A stretch of DNA of 54,210 nucleotides from an uncultured Eubacteriales bacterium (GTDB lineage: Bacteria; Bacillota_I; Bacilli_A; RFN20; JAISJY01), in the NCBI GenBank assembly GCA_964646425.1, contig CAZYEI010000004.1, positions 1-54,210 on the forward strand. The letters run 5' to 3'. The notes under the pieces are model-generated. The model had not been told where the DNA came from. It ran no database searches and saw nothing but the letters and a program-made list of their open reading frames with translations. The position numbers and the translations under genes were made by a program. Of the stretch, positions 1 through 9,818 are shown one piece after another. Positions within the stretch are counted from its first letter, which is position 1. Every line of letters begins with the position of its first letter.

Positions 1-1
1 T

Positions 2-1168
2 GCTGATGGTGGAATGCGTGATGCATTAAGTATTTTAGATCAAGCTATAGCCTATGCTGGAAAAAATATTACCAGTCAACATATAAGAGATATTTATGGC
101 ATAGCTTCTAGTGGAGAACTTATTGATTTCATCCAAAAATGCAACCAAAATGATGTAGCAAATGTTCTAAAAACAATCGAAGATTTTGAAAATCGAGGAT
201 TAGATTTCACTCGTTTAACTAGTACTATCATTGATGTCTTAAAAGAAGTAATTATTTACAAAAACACAAAAGATGAAAATTTATTAAAAAGCGTCAGCGT
301 AAATAATGCAATTGCTATTGGTGAAAAATTAAGTATTAAAACTTTATTTGAAGATATTGATATTTATATCGAAGCATTAGGAAATTATCGTAAAGTAACT
401 TCTCAAAGCGAATTTTTTACTCTTGCTAGTTTAAAAATTTGTGAAATAAATAAAAATAAAGAAATTAAAGAAGTTGAAACATTCATTTCCGACAATAAAG
501 CAAAAAATATCAATGTGGTTTCACGTGAAAACGCAAATAAAATTGAGGGATTAGAACCTATTTCATCAATCCAAAATAATGAAGTACAAATTGAACATCC
601 AAACATTCTTTCTGACGAAGAAACATCAATATCTAATACTAATTCAATTTCTGTTAACATAAAATCTAGTAAAACTAAAAATATTCCATTTACCGAAAAA
701 GATATTTTAAATATTATGGTTCAAGCAACAAAAATCGATAAAACAAATATTATCGAAAAGTGGGGAATATTACGTCAATATCTAACTATGCCAACATTTG
801 CTCGTGCTACAAATTTATTAATTGATGCACAACCTGCTGCTGTATGTAAAAATGGTATAATTTTTACATATAAATATGAATCCCAAGCTAATGAAGTTAA
901 TTTAGCTTATAATCAAAAACAAATTCAAATATTGTTAAAAGAAATTTATATGAAAGATTATGTTGTATTCGGTTTAAGTGATGATAATTTTAGAAAAATA
1001 AAACAACATTATATTTCACTAATGCAATCTCAATCACTACCTGAACCTTTTCCAATTGATGTAGCAAGTTATGATGTAATTGAAGAAAGCGAAATTGAAC
1101 CAATAGAAGAAGTTCATAGTTTAACTAATGATATCTTTGGCTCATTATTAGAAGGAGAAGATGAATAA
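2..1168 (+). CDS. dnaX: DNA polymerase III gamma/tau subunit, 5'-truncated by window edge
   Basis: Frame open from base 2 reads ADGGMRDALSILDQ, the clamp-loader sensor-2 region; followed by ybaB-like gene and recR. Confidence 0.93.
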   Translation, partial: ADGGMRDALSILDQAIAYAGKNITSQHIRDIYGIASSGELIDFIQKCNQNDVANVLKTIEDFENRGLDFTRLTSTIIDVLKEVIIYKNTKDENLLKSVSVNNAIAIGEKLSIKTLFEDIDIYIEALGNYRKVTSQSEFFTLASLKICEINKNKEIKEVETFISDNKAKNINVVSRENANKIEGLEPISSIQNNEVQIEHPNILSDEETSISNTNSISVNIKSSKTKNIPFTEKDILNIMVQATKIDKTNIIEKWGILRQYLTMPTFARATNLLIDAQPAAVCKNGIIFTYKYESQANEVNLAYNQKQIQILLKEIYMKDYVVFGLSDDNFRKIKQHYISLMQSQSLPEPFPIDVASYDVIEESEIEPIEEVHSLTNDIFGSLLEGEDE

Positions 1169-1488
1169 TGAAATCCACTAAAATAGCATCAATTTCCGTT
1201 AATGAAAACGAAAGTTTTTTAAATAATACTTACGATTACATTAGTGAAAAAGGAATTAAAATTACTCTAAATGGTAAATCTGATATTTTATCTTTATATA
1301 TTCCTGAAGAATTAAAGACTTCCCCTAAGCTTGAAGAATCCTTGATTCAAGCAGTTAATCACGCTAATGTAATTGTTAGAGAAATGATTCAAAATTCGTT
1401 AATCAAAGAATTAATAAAACAAGATCCACAACTATTAAAAGAATTAAAAATCAAAGATATACAAGTAGGAGAAGAAAAGAAATCATGA
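1168..1488 (+). CDS. Divergent YbaB/EbfC-family nucleoid-associated protein
   Basis: Lies between dnaX and recR; GIKITLNG...LEESLIQAVNHA resembles the YbaB core. Confidence 0.55.
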   Translation: MKSTKIASISVNENESFLNNTYDYISEKGIKITLNGKSDILSLYIPEELKTSPKLEESLIQAVNHANVIVREMIQNSLIKELIKQDPQLLKELKIKDIQVGEEKKS

Positions 1489-2084
1489 AGTATCCTGAAT
1501 CTTTCATCAAATTAGTAGATTACTTAAAAAAATTACCTGGAGTTGGTAGTAAATCTGCAGAAAGAATGGCCTATCAAATTATTGATATGGATGCTGAGTT
1601 TTTAAAGAATTTTGCAGAAAGTTTAACAAACGCTAAACAAAATTTAGGTAAATGTAGTATTTGTGGTTGTATGTGTGAAGATAATCTTTGTGAGATTTGT
1701 AAAGACGATACTCGTGATCATTCACTTATTTGTGTGGTTCAAACTTCAAAAGATGTCTATGCTTTAGAAAAAGCAAAAGATTATCGTGGAGTCTATCATG
1801 TTTTAAATGGCGTAATTTCTGCAGTAAATGGTATTTCCCCTACTGACATTAACTTATACTCATTAATTGATCGTGTTAATAATGACAGTATTAAAGAAGT
1901 AATTTTAGCAACTAACCCAAATATTGAAGGAGAAAGTACTGCACAATTTATTGCTAAACTTCTTTCTGAAAATAAAACAGTCCAAGTTACTAGATTAGCT
2001 TATGGTTTACCAGTAGGAGGTAATCTTGACTATGCCGATGAATTTACTTTATTAAAAGCTATGCAAGGTCGTAGAAAAATATAA
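1485..2084 (+). CDS. recR: Recombination protein RecR
   Basis: LPGVGSKSAERMA HhH, C4 zinc finger, TOPRIM ATNPNIEGE. Confidence 0.97.
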   Translation: MKYPESFIKLVDYLKKLPGVGSKSAERMAYQIIDMDAEFLKNFAESLTNAKQNLGKCSICGCMCEDNLCEICKDDTRDHSLICVVQTSKDVYALEKAKDYRGVYHVLNGVISAVNGISPTDINLYSLIDRVNNDSIKEVILATNPNIEGESTAQFIAKLLSENKTVQVTRLAYGLPVGGNLDYADEFTLLKAMQGRRKI

Positions 2085-2158
2085 TTATCTACTTAAGGAA
2101 GCACTAATACTTCCTTTTTTTATTCTAATAATTTAACTTTGTAAATATAATTTATTAG

Positions 2159-2353
2159 GTGATTTTTGTGAGAAAAATAGAAAATTTTTTCATTCGTGGA
2201 ATTAGTAGTATAATTTTTCTTTTTGCTACTAATATTGTATTATTCTTTTTTGATAAAGAAATTCCTATCAATTTAATTAATATTTTATTTTCCTTTTGTT
2301 TTCCTTATTTATCAGTAATTATCTTATTAATAATTTTTTTATTAAATCTTTAA
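2159..2353 (+). CDS. Small membrane protein, BofA-like (pro-sigmaK processing inhibitor)
   Basis: Two hydrophobic segments with IPINLINI motif; downstream of recR as bofA is in Bacillus; start may be GTG 2168. Confidence 0.5.
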   Translation: MIFVRKIENFFIRGISSIIFLFATNIVLFFFDKEIPINLINILFSFCFPYLSVIILLIIFLLNL

Positions 2354-2444
2354 CTCTCTCATATAATGAGAGTTTTTTTATTTTTTACCTATAAATTAAG
2401 TTGTTTTTATAGTATAATATACTCATGATTAGGAGTGATTAGTA

Positions 2445-3074
2445 ATGTCTACTTTTATTACTTTAGAGGGACCTGATGGTAGTGGTAAAACTACCATTGC
2501 ACAAATGATTGTTAAAGACTTAGAAAACCGTGGTTATCAAGTTGTCTTTACTCGTGAGCCTGGGGGTATTTCGATTTCCGAACAAATTAGAGATATTATT
2601 TTAAATAAAGAAAATACAGAAATGGATGGCAGAACAGAAGCATTATTATATGCAGCTAGTAGACGTCAACATATAGTACAAAAAATTATTCCAGCTTTAA
2701 ATGAAAATAAAATTGTTATTTGTGACCGTTTTGTTGATAGTTCACTTGCATATCAAGGTGTTGGAAGAAATATTGGTATTGATGAAGTTATGAATATTAA
2801 TCAGTTTGCTATTGATAATGTTATGCCTAAATTAACTATCTATTTTGATATCTCACCTGAGTTAGGAATTAAAAGAATTAATGCAAACAAAAATAGAGAA
2901 GTCAATCGTTTAGATCTAGAAAAATTAACTTTTCATAGTAAAGTTAGAAATGGTTATTTAGAAGTTGCAAAGCGTTTCCCTAATCGTATAAAAAAAATTG
3001 ATGCAAGTTTATCTATTAATGAAGTGTATGCTGAAGCGATAAAGCTTATCAACGAAGCATTAAAAAATAATTAA
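2445..3074 (+). CDS. tmk: Thymidylate kinase
   Basis: [28 protein letters not shown]. Confidence 0.97.
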   Translation: MSTFITLEGPDGSGKTTIAQMIVKDLENRGYQVVFTREPGGISISEQIRDIILNKENTEMDGRTEALLYAASRRQHIVQKIIPALNENKIVICDRFVDSSLAYQGVGRNIGIDEVMNINQFAIDNVMPKLTIYFDISPELGIKRINANKNREVNRLDLEKLTFHSKVRNGYLEVAKRFPNRIKKIDASLSINEVYAEAIKLINEALKNN

Positions 3075-4064
3075 ATGAGTTACTTAGAAAAACTTAAAAA
3101 AAATCAAAACATTGCATATCAGACATTACAAAATGCCTTTTCTACCAAACATATGAATCACGCTTATTTATTACAAGGAGGACCTAGTGTCAATTTATTA
3201 GATATTGCTCATTTTATTGCTAAATCATTTATATGTCAGACACCAATTGACAACTTAGCTTGTGAAACTTGTCCAAATTGTATTAGAATAGCAGATCATG
3301 CCTATCCCGATTTTATCGTTGTAGATGGTGATAAATCATCAATAAAAAAACAAGACATTGAGAATATTCAAGAAGAATTTAATAAAACTTCATTTGAAGA
3401 AAACGGCAAAAAAATATATATACTTAATGCATTTGAAAATGCTACTATAGGAGCTAGTAACTCACTTTTAAAATTTTTAGAAGAACCCGTAGATGATGTT
3501 ATTGCCATCATTACTACTCATAATATTTCTAAAATTTTGCCTACAATTATCTCTCGTTGCCAAGTTATTAGATTAAAAGAGATAAGTAAACACGAATTAT
3601 ATGAATCTTTATTAGAAAAATATGATCAAGAAACAAGTTTTATTTTAGCTAATCTATTTCCTAATATTGAAGAAATTGATGAATATTTAAAAGAAGATAG
3701 TAATAATTTACATGCTATTATTGATTTTGTTTTTGAGACATTAGAGTGTCTTGTTTATAAAAAAGACGTTCATTTTTATTTAATGACAGATGTTTATAAA
3801 AATATCACAACAAAAAAACAAGCTAAAATATTTTTAGATATTTGTTGTATATTTTTAAAAGATGTTTTAAGTTGTACAGGAAATACTCCTTTACATTTTC
3901 AAGATAAAAGTTCTCTTTCGTCATTACTTAAACAAAGTAAATTTAATCTTAATGATATGATAAAAGAAATTATGATTACTCGTGGAAATATAGATACAAA
4001 CGCTAATATTACTTTATTATTTGATTCATTGTTCTATAAATTATTGAAAGGAGCGAAAAAATAA
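3075..4064 (+). CDS. holB: DNA polymerase III delta' subunit
   Basis: HAYLL, zinc cluster CETCPNC, NSLLKFLEEP, LPTIISRC; follows tmk. Confidence 0.92.
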   Translation: MSYLEKLKKNQNIAYQTLQNAFSTKHMNHAYLLQGGPSVNLLDIAHFIAKSFICQTPIDNLACETCPNCIRIADHAYPDFIVVDGDKSSIKKQDIENIQEEFNKTSFEENGKKIYILNAFENATIGASNSLLKFLEEPVDDVIAIITTHNISKILPTIISRCQVIRLKEISKHELYESLLEKYDQETSFILANLFPNIEEIDEYLKEDSNNLHAIIDFVFETLECLVYKKDVHFYLMTDVYKNITTKKQAKIFLDICCIFLKDVLSCTGNTPLHFQDKSSLSSLLKQSKFNLNDMIKEIMITRGNIDTNANITLLFDSLFYKLLKGAKK

Positions 4065-4954
4065 TGGAAAACGAAAAATTAGAAACTCCTATTGTCGAAG
4101 AAAATAAAGATGAAGGACAACGTTATGATACCGGCTTTTTTGTTGGTGTTCAATTTTTAACTTCAAAAAAATCCTTCTTTTTTCATCATGATAATAATGA
4201 TTTAAATCTTGGTGATTATGTTGTTGTAGAAACAGTTAGAGGTTTAGAACTTGGTATTATTTCTGCTAAACCTATTGATATAAAAGAATACAACTCTGAT
4301 TTAGGACTTAAACCTATTCTAAGAAAAGCAACAAAAGAAGATATAAGCAAATTTCACGAACTAGAATTACTTGCAAAAGAAAATTTTAATTCTGTTAAAG
4401 AATCTATTAATCAACTTCAATTAGATATGCAACTTGTAAGTGTAGAATATACTCTTGATGGAACTAAATGTCTTGTTTCATATGTTAGTGAAAATAGAGT
4501 AGATTTTAGAGATTTATTAAAAGAACTAGCAGGAAAATTTAAATGTCGCATTGAACTAAGACAAATAGGGACTAGAGATAGATCTAAAACAATTGGTGGT
4601 ATCGGTTCTTGTGGATTACCTCTTTGCTGTTCTTCTTTCTTGAAAGAATTTGATGGTATCAGCATTAATATGGCAAAGAATCAATATCTTGCTCTTAATA
4701 TTCAAAAATTATCAGGACATTGTGGTAAATTAATTTGTTGTTTAAAATACGAAGATGAATATTATAGTGAATTAAGAAAGTCCCTTCCTAAAATAGGACA
4801 AAGAATTATATTTGAAAACGAAGAATATAAAATTACTAATTTTAATGTTATGAGTGGAGTAGCAAGATTAGAAAACAAAGAAAAAGTCAATCAAATAAGT
4901 ATTGATAAACTTTTAGAAATATTAGCAAGCACTAAAAACAATGGAAAAGATTAA
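4064..4954 (+). CDS. yaaT: PSP1-domain protein YaaT/RicT
   Basis: RVDFRDLLKEL, IELRQIG, CGLPLCC, SGHCGKLICCLKYE. Confidence 0.92.
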   Translation: MENEKLETPIVEENKDEGQRYDTGFFVGVQFLTSKKSFFFHHDNNDLNLGDYVVVETVRGLELGIISAKPIDIKEYNSDLGLKPILRKATKEDISKFHELELLAKENFNSVKESINQLQLDMQLVSVEYTLDGTKCLVSYVSENRVDFRDLLKELAGKFKCRIELRQIGTRDRSKTIGGIGSCGLPLCCSSFLKEFDGISINMAKNQYLALNIQKLSGHCGKLICCLKYEDEYYSELRKSLPKIGQRIIFENEEYKITNFNVMSGVARLENKEKVNQISIDKLLEILASTKNNGKD

Positions 4955-5771
4955 AAATTGTTTATATATAGTAGCTACTCCAATTGGTAATTTAAATGAA
5001 TTATCTCCTCGTGCTTTAAATATTTTAAATAATGTATCTATCATAGCGTGTGAAGATACAAGAGAAACAATTAAACTATTATCACATTTTAATATATCAA
5101 AGCCTCTTGTTTCTTGCCATGAGCATAATGAAAATTATTCTAGCGATAAGTTAATTAGAAATATATTAGAAGGTGAAAGTGTTGCTATGGTTAGTGATGC
5201 CGGCTATCCTGGAATAAGCGATCCTGGGGGTATTATTATCAAAAAAGCAATCGAAAATGAAATAGATGTTCATGTCATCTCTGGTCCTTGTGCTATTATA
5301 AATGCTTTAATAGGTTCTGGTCTTGATTCTTCTCATTTTTATTTTCATGGTTTTTTAAATACTAAAAATAAAATTAAAAAACAAGAAATTTTAGAATTAT
5401 CTCAAAGGAAAGAAACCGTAATTATATATGAATCACCTTATCGAATTAGTGAAACATTAGAACAACTATTAGAAGTTTTTGGAGATAGAAAAGCTTGTGT
5501 TGCTCGAGAATTAACTAAATTATATGAAGAATTTGATCGTGATACATTAGCTAATTTAGCAGTTAAATATAAAGATGGAACAAAAGGAGAAATCGTCCTT
5601 GTTATTGAAGGTAACAAAAACGAGGAAGTCGCTTTTGTCGATAACTTTAAAATGATAAAAGAAGTCGAAACACTTATTGCTTCGGGTTTTTCCACTAAAG
5701 ATGCAATAAAAGAAGTATCAACAAAATATAATATAAGTAAGAACGATTTATATCGTGAATTTCATCAATAA
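4941..5771 (+). CDS. rsmI: 16S rRNA C1402 2'-O-methyltransferase
   Basis: LYIVATPIGNL, ACEDTR, SDAGYPGISDPG, ARELTKLYEE. Confidence 0.96.
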   Translation: MEKIKNCLYIVATPIGNLNELSPRALNILNNVSIIACEDTRETIKLLSHFNISKPLVSCHEHNENYSSDKLIRNILEGESVAMVSDAGYPGISDPGGIIIKKAIENEIDVHVISGPCAIINALIGSGLDSSHFYFHGFLNTKNKIKKQEILELSQRKETVIIYESPYRISETLEQLLEVFGDRKACVARELTKLYEEFDRDTLANLAVKYKDGTKGEIVLVIEGNKNEEVAFVDNFKMIKEVETLIASGFSTKDAIKEVSTKYNISKNDLYREFHQ

Positions 5772-5801
5772 AAGTAGGTAAAGTCATTAAGGACAAATTA
5801 C

Positions 5802-6161
5802 CTACTTTTTCTTATTTTTTAAGTTATATAATTCTTCTTTTAATTTTCTTACTTCTTGGTCTAACTGATTAATCTTTTGATTAATTGTTTGAGTTCCACT
5901 AGAATTATTCATCATATTAAATGAATTTGTTTGTAATTGATTACTTTCTTGTGCTCCAGTAGTTAATAAAGTTTGTCCAATTTGCTCAAAAAAATTTCCA
6001 ATTGCATTTTGTTGATATACATTTAATTGAGATGAAATAACAACACCAATAATTGTACCAATGATAGCAAACTCCGGACCACTAAAACTAAATACCCAAT
6101 CACTTAGCGAAGCATAATCTACATTTACAAACTGTTCATAAGGATTTTTACTTTTCGTCAT
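5802..6161 (-). CDS. Small hypothetical protein with a hydrophobic helix and C-terminal coiled coil
   Basis: RBS GAGGTG upstream; QQNAIGNFFEQIGQTLLT motif seen in small Bacillota proteins; function not assignable. Confidence 0.7.
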   Translation of the reverse strand: MTKSKNPYEQFVNVDYASLSDWVFSFSGPEFAIIGTIIGVVISSQLNVYQQNAIGNFFEQIGQTLLTTGAQESNQLQTNSFNMMNNSSGTQTINQKINQLDQEVRKLKEELYNLKNKKK

Positions 6162-6189
6162 GCAGTTACACCTCTACAAAATAATTATA

Positions 6190-7119
6190 TTATTTTTTTT
6201 TTAAAAACATACTTTGTAAATATTCTTCTGTCTTTAAAATAATATCTTCACTTAAATTAATTTGTTTTTGTGTATTATTTATTTTTTTAGGATATCCACT
6301 TATTTGAAAAAATCGAGGTCCGTAATTTTCATAATAACCTCCTTTTGAAAAAGGTAATAACATTGATAAGCAAGCTTTTTCAGATGAATGAAAAAATACT
6401 TTCATAAATAATGTTCCAAATTTAGAAAAAAATTTATTAAAACCGCCTTTTTTACTTGCAATTATATTTGTCGCACATATGCCGGGATGAATCAAATAAT
6501 AGTGAAGATTACTTTTGTTTTTTTCTGTTTCTTTTTGCTTTGCATATGTATACGCTGCAACAGCTAGCTTCGATTTAGCGTATAAACTATTTCTATTTTT
6601 TATTTTATTACAATTCAAATAATTTAAATCTAAATTTGAAAAACGATAAATTATACTGCACACATTTATTATTTTTGAATCTTTTTGCTTTTTTAATTTA
6701 TTTTCTAATAATGATACTAAATAATACATACCAAAGTAATTTATTCCCATCGTTATTTCTAATCCATCATTTGTTTGACTTTTTTTAGGAAGATAATAAA
6801 CACCAGCATTATTAATCAAAGCATCAATTTTTTTATTTTCTATTCTTTTTACAAAAGCTTTAATTGATTCAAAATTAGCTAAATCTAATATTTCTATTTC
6901 TATTTTTGCATCAGGAAATTCTTCAAGTATTTTATTTTTTGCAGTTATTGCTTTATTTTCATTTCTACAAGCCATAATCACATGAGCTTTTTTGAAAATT
7001 AACGCTTTACTACAACTAAAACCTAAACCACTATTTGCACCAGTAACTATTATTGTTTTATTTTCCAAAGATTCGATATTTTTATCAAGCCATTTTCTAT
7101 ACTTCATAATTTTCACCAC
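6190..7119 (-). CDS. Short-chain dehydrogenase/reductase (retinol dehydrogenase-like)
   Basis: TGANSGLG, NNAG, YAKSK catalytic motif. Confidence 0.92.
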   Translation of the reverse strand: MVKIMKYRKWLDKNIESLENKTIIVTGANSGLGFSCSKALIFKKAHVIMACRNENKAITAKNKILEEFPDAKIEIEILDLANFESIKAFVKRIENKKIDALINNAGVYYLPKKSQTNDGLEITMGINYFGMYYLVSLLENKLKKQKDSKIINVCSIIYRFSNLDLNYLNCNKIKNRNSLYAKSKLAVAAYTYAKQKETEKNKSNLHYYLIHPGICATNIIASKKGGFNKFFSKFGTLFMKVFFHSSEKACLSMLLPFSKGGYYENYGPRFFQISGYPKKINNTQKQINLSEDIILKTEEYLQSMFLKKK

Positions 7120-7217
7120 TAAAACAATTATATATCTTTATTTATTAAATTAAAATATCATATTTTTAATCTTAATTTCATATCTTTTATTGTAATAATA
7201 ATATAAGGAGCTTAACT

Positions 7218-9800
7218 ATGGAAAATTCACATTACAACAAAGATATAAATACAGTCTTTAGTGATTTAAGAAGTTCATATGATGGTTTATCTAATGACGA
7301 AGCAAAAATTAGATTAAAAAAATATGGATATAATGAAATAATAAAAAAGAAAAAGAATAATTTGCTTATTCTTTTTTTATCTCAATTTAAAGATGTTATG
7401 CTTTTAATTCTTTTTATTGCTGCCGCTATCTCTTTTTGGTTAAAAGAATATAGTGATACTATTGTTATAATTGGTGTTTTATTATTAAATGCTATATTAG
7501 GATTTATTCAAGAATTTAAAGCAGAGAAAGCTTTAGAAGCTTTAAATAAAATGAGTTTACCTAAAGTTAAAGTTCTTAGAGATAATTATCTTCAAGAAAT
7601 ACAATCAAACGAATTAGTAATCGGAGATATTATTTTTCTAGGAGATGGCGATATAGTAAGTGCTGATGCTCGCATTATTGAAGCTTCAAATTTAAAGGTT
7701 GATGAATCTTCTTTAACAGGAGAATCACTACCAGTTGAAAAAAATAGTAATGTATTAAATAGTATTACTTCTATTTCAGATCAAAAAAATATGGTGTTTT
7801 TAGGTAGTAATGTGGTCAATGGAAATGGTAAAGCTATAATTACTTCAATTGGCATGAATACACAACTAGGTAAAATAGCTTCTAAATTAGAAAACACAAA
7901 AACTGAAATTACTCCTTTACAAAAACGTTTAGCCAATCTAAGTAAGTGGTTAACTATAATTGTAGTAATTATTGCATTATTAATCTTTGCAATAGGGGTA
8001 ATTCAAGGTAGAGATATTTTTGAAATGATTTTAATTGCAGTTTCCGTTGCTGTTGCAGCAATACCTGAAGGATTACCAGCTGTTGTTACAATTGTTTTAG
8101 CTATTTCTGTTATTAAAATGTCGAAAAAGAATACTATTATTAGAAAACTATCTAGTGTAGAAACTTTAGGATGTACGCAAGTTATTTGCAGTGATAAAAC
8201 AGGTACTCTTACAAAAAATAAAATGAGTGTTCAAAAAATTTTCTTAAATAATAAAATTCATTTTTCGCAAGAATTAATTTCTAACGAAAATAATCAAGCT
8301 TTTTTTAATTGTCTTGCTTTATGTAATAATGTAAAAGAGATTAATAATGAATTAAAAGGTGATCCTACCGAAGTTGCGTTAGTAGAATACGCTTATTCAC
8401 AAATCAATAAAAAGAATTTTGTTAATTATTTAAAAATAAGTGAAATTCCTTTTGATTCTACAAGAAAATTAATGTCTGTAATCTATAAAGTTAACAATAA
8501 AAAATTTTGTTATTGCAAAGGTGCATTAGATTATTTATTAGATAAATGCAATTATAAAATCGAAAATGGCTCTATTTCTATTTTATCAAATATTGATAAA
8601 AAAAGAATATTAGGAATTATGGAAGATATGGGTAAAGATGCTTTAAGAGTTATCGGTATAGCATATAAAAATGTAACTTATAATCAAAAAAATATTGAAA
8701 AGGATTTGATTTTCGCTGGAATGGTAGGAATGATTGATCCACCAAAAAATGGTGTTAAAGAAGCAATAAAAAAATGTAAAGATGCTGGAATTACCACAAT
8801 TATGATAACAGGTGATCATTTATTTACAGCTAGTTCTATTGCTAAAGATTTAAATATTATCAAAGATAATAGTGAAATAATGACAGGATTAGAATTAGAA
8901 AAAATAAATCAAGATGAATTAGAAAAAATTATTAATAACTATCATGTTTTTTGTCGTGTCACCCCCGAACATAAAGTTCGAATTGTCGAAGCTTTACAAA
9001 AGAAAGGCAAAATTGTTGCAATGTCAGGTGATGGTGTCAATGATGCGCCTTCATTAAAACAAGCCAATATTGGAATAGCTATGGGATTAAACGGCACTGA
9101 AGTAGCTAAAAATGCAAGTGATATGGTTTTAAGTGATGATAATTTCACTACTATTGTTTTAGCAATAGAAGAAGGTAGAAAAATATATGAAAATATTTCT
9201 AAATCTATTTCTTATTTACTATCTAGTAATCTTGGAGAAATTATAACCTTATTTATGGCTACTTTATTTAATTTTAAAATATTATTGCCAATTCATATTT
9301 TATGGATGAATCTTGTTACTGATTCTTTACCTGCTCTTGCTTTAGGTTTAGATGAAAATGATGATGATATGATGAAAGAAAAGCCAAGAAATGCTAATAC
9401 AGGATTTTTTAGTGGTAAGCGTGGATTAAATATTTTATATCAAGGAATACTGCAAGGTTTAATTACATTATTAAGTTTCTTTATTGGTATTTATTATTTT
9501 AATTTAGAAATAGCAGAAACAATGGCTTTCACAACAATTGTTTTTGTACAATTATTTCATTCATTAAATATGCGATCTAGTCAACATTCAATATTTTCAA
9601 AAACTCATAATAATTATTTATTAGGGGCTATTATGTTAGGAATATTATGTCAAGTAGGGATTATTTATATACCTTTATTATCAAAAATTTTTAAAGTTGT
9701 TCCTCTTAATTTAGCACAATGGAGTATTTCTTTATTGTTATCTCTATTAATTATTCCTTTCATGGAATTAATAAAACTAATCAAAAGAAAAAATCGTTAG
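7218..9800 (+). CDS. P-type IIA (Ca2+-type) cation-transporting ATPase
   Basis: TGES, PEGL, DKTGTLT, GDGVNDAP, LWMNLVTDSLPALALG. Confidence 0.93.
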   Translation: MENSHYNKDINTVFSDLRSSYDGLSNDEAKIRLKKYGYNEIIKKKKNNLLILFLSQFKDVMLLILFIAAAISFWLKEYSDTIVIIGVLLLNAILGFIQEFKAEKALEALNKMSLPKVKVLRDNYLQEIQSNELVIGDIIFLGDGDIVSADARIIEASNLKVDESSLTGESLPVEKNSNVLNSITSISDQKNMVFLGSNVVNGNGKAIITSIGMNTQLGKIASKLENTKTEITPLQKRLANLSKWLTIIVVIIALLIFAIGVIQGRDIFEMILIAVSVAVAAIPEGLPAVVTIVLAISVIKMSKKNTIIRKLSSVETLGCTQVICSDKTGTLTKNKMSVQKIFLNNKIHFSQELISNENNQAFFNCLALCNNVKEINNELKGDPTEVALVEYAYSQINKKNFVNYLKISEIPFDSTRKLMSVIYKVNNKKFCYCKGALDYLLDKCNYKIENGSISILSNIDKKRILGIMEDMGKDALRVIGIAYKNVTYNQKNIEKDLIFAGMVGMIDPPKNGVKEAIKKCKDAGITTIMITGDHLFTASSIAKDLNIIKDNSEIMTGLELEKINQDELEKIINNYHVFCRVTPEHKVRIVEALQKKGKIVAMSGDGVNDAPSLKQANIGIAMGLNGTEVAKNASDMVLSDDNFTTIVLAIEEGRKIYENISKSISYLLSSNLGEIITLFMATLFNFKILLPIHILWMNLVTDSLPALALGLDENDDDMMKEKPRNANTGFFSGKRGLNILYQGILQGLITLLSFFIGIYYFNLEIAETMAFTTIVFVQLFHSLNMRSSQHSIFSKTHNNYLLGAIMLGILCQVGIIYIPLLSKIFKVVPLNLAQWSISLLLSLLIIPFMELIKLIKRKNR

Positions 9801-9818
9801 GATACCTAACGATTTTTT
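9788..9818. terminator. Bidirectional intrinsic terminator between the ATPase gene and gyrA
   Basis: AAAAATCGTTAGG-ATA-CCTAACGATTTTT inverted repeat. Confidence 0.8.
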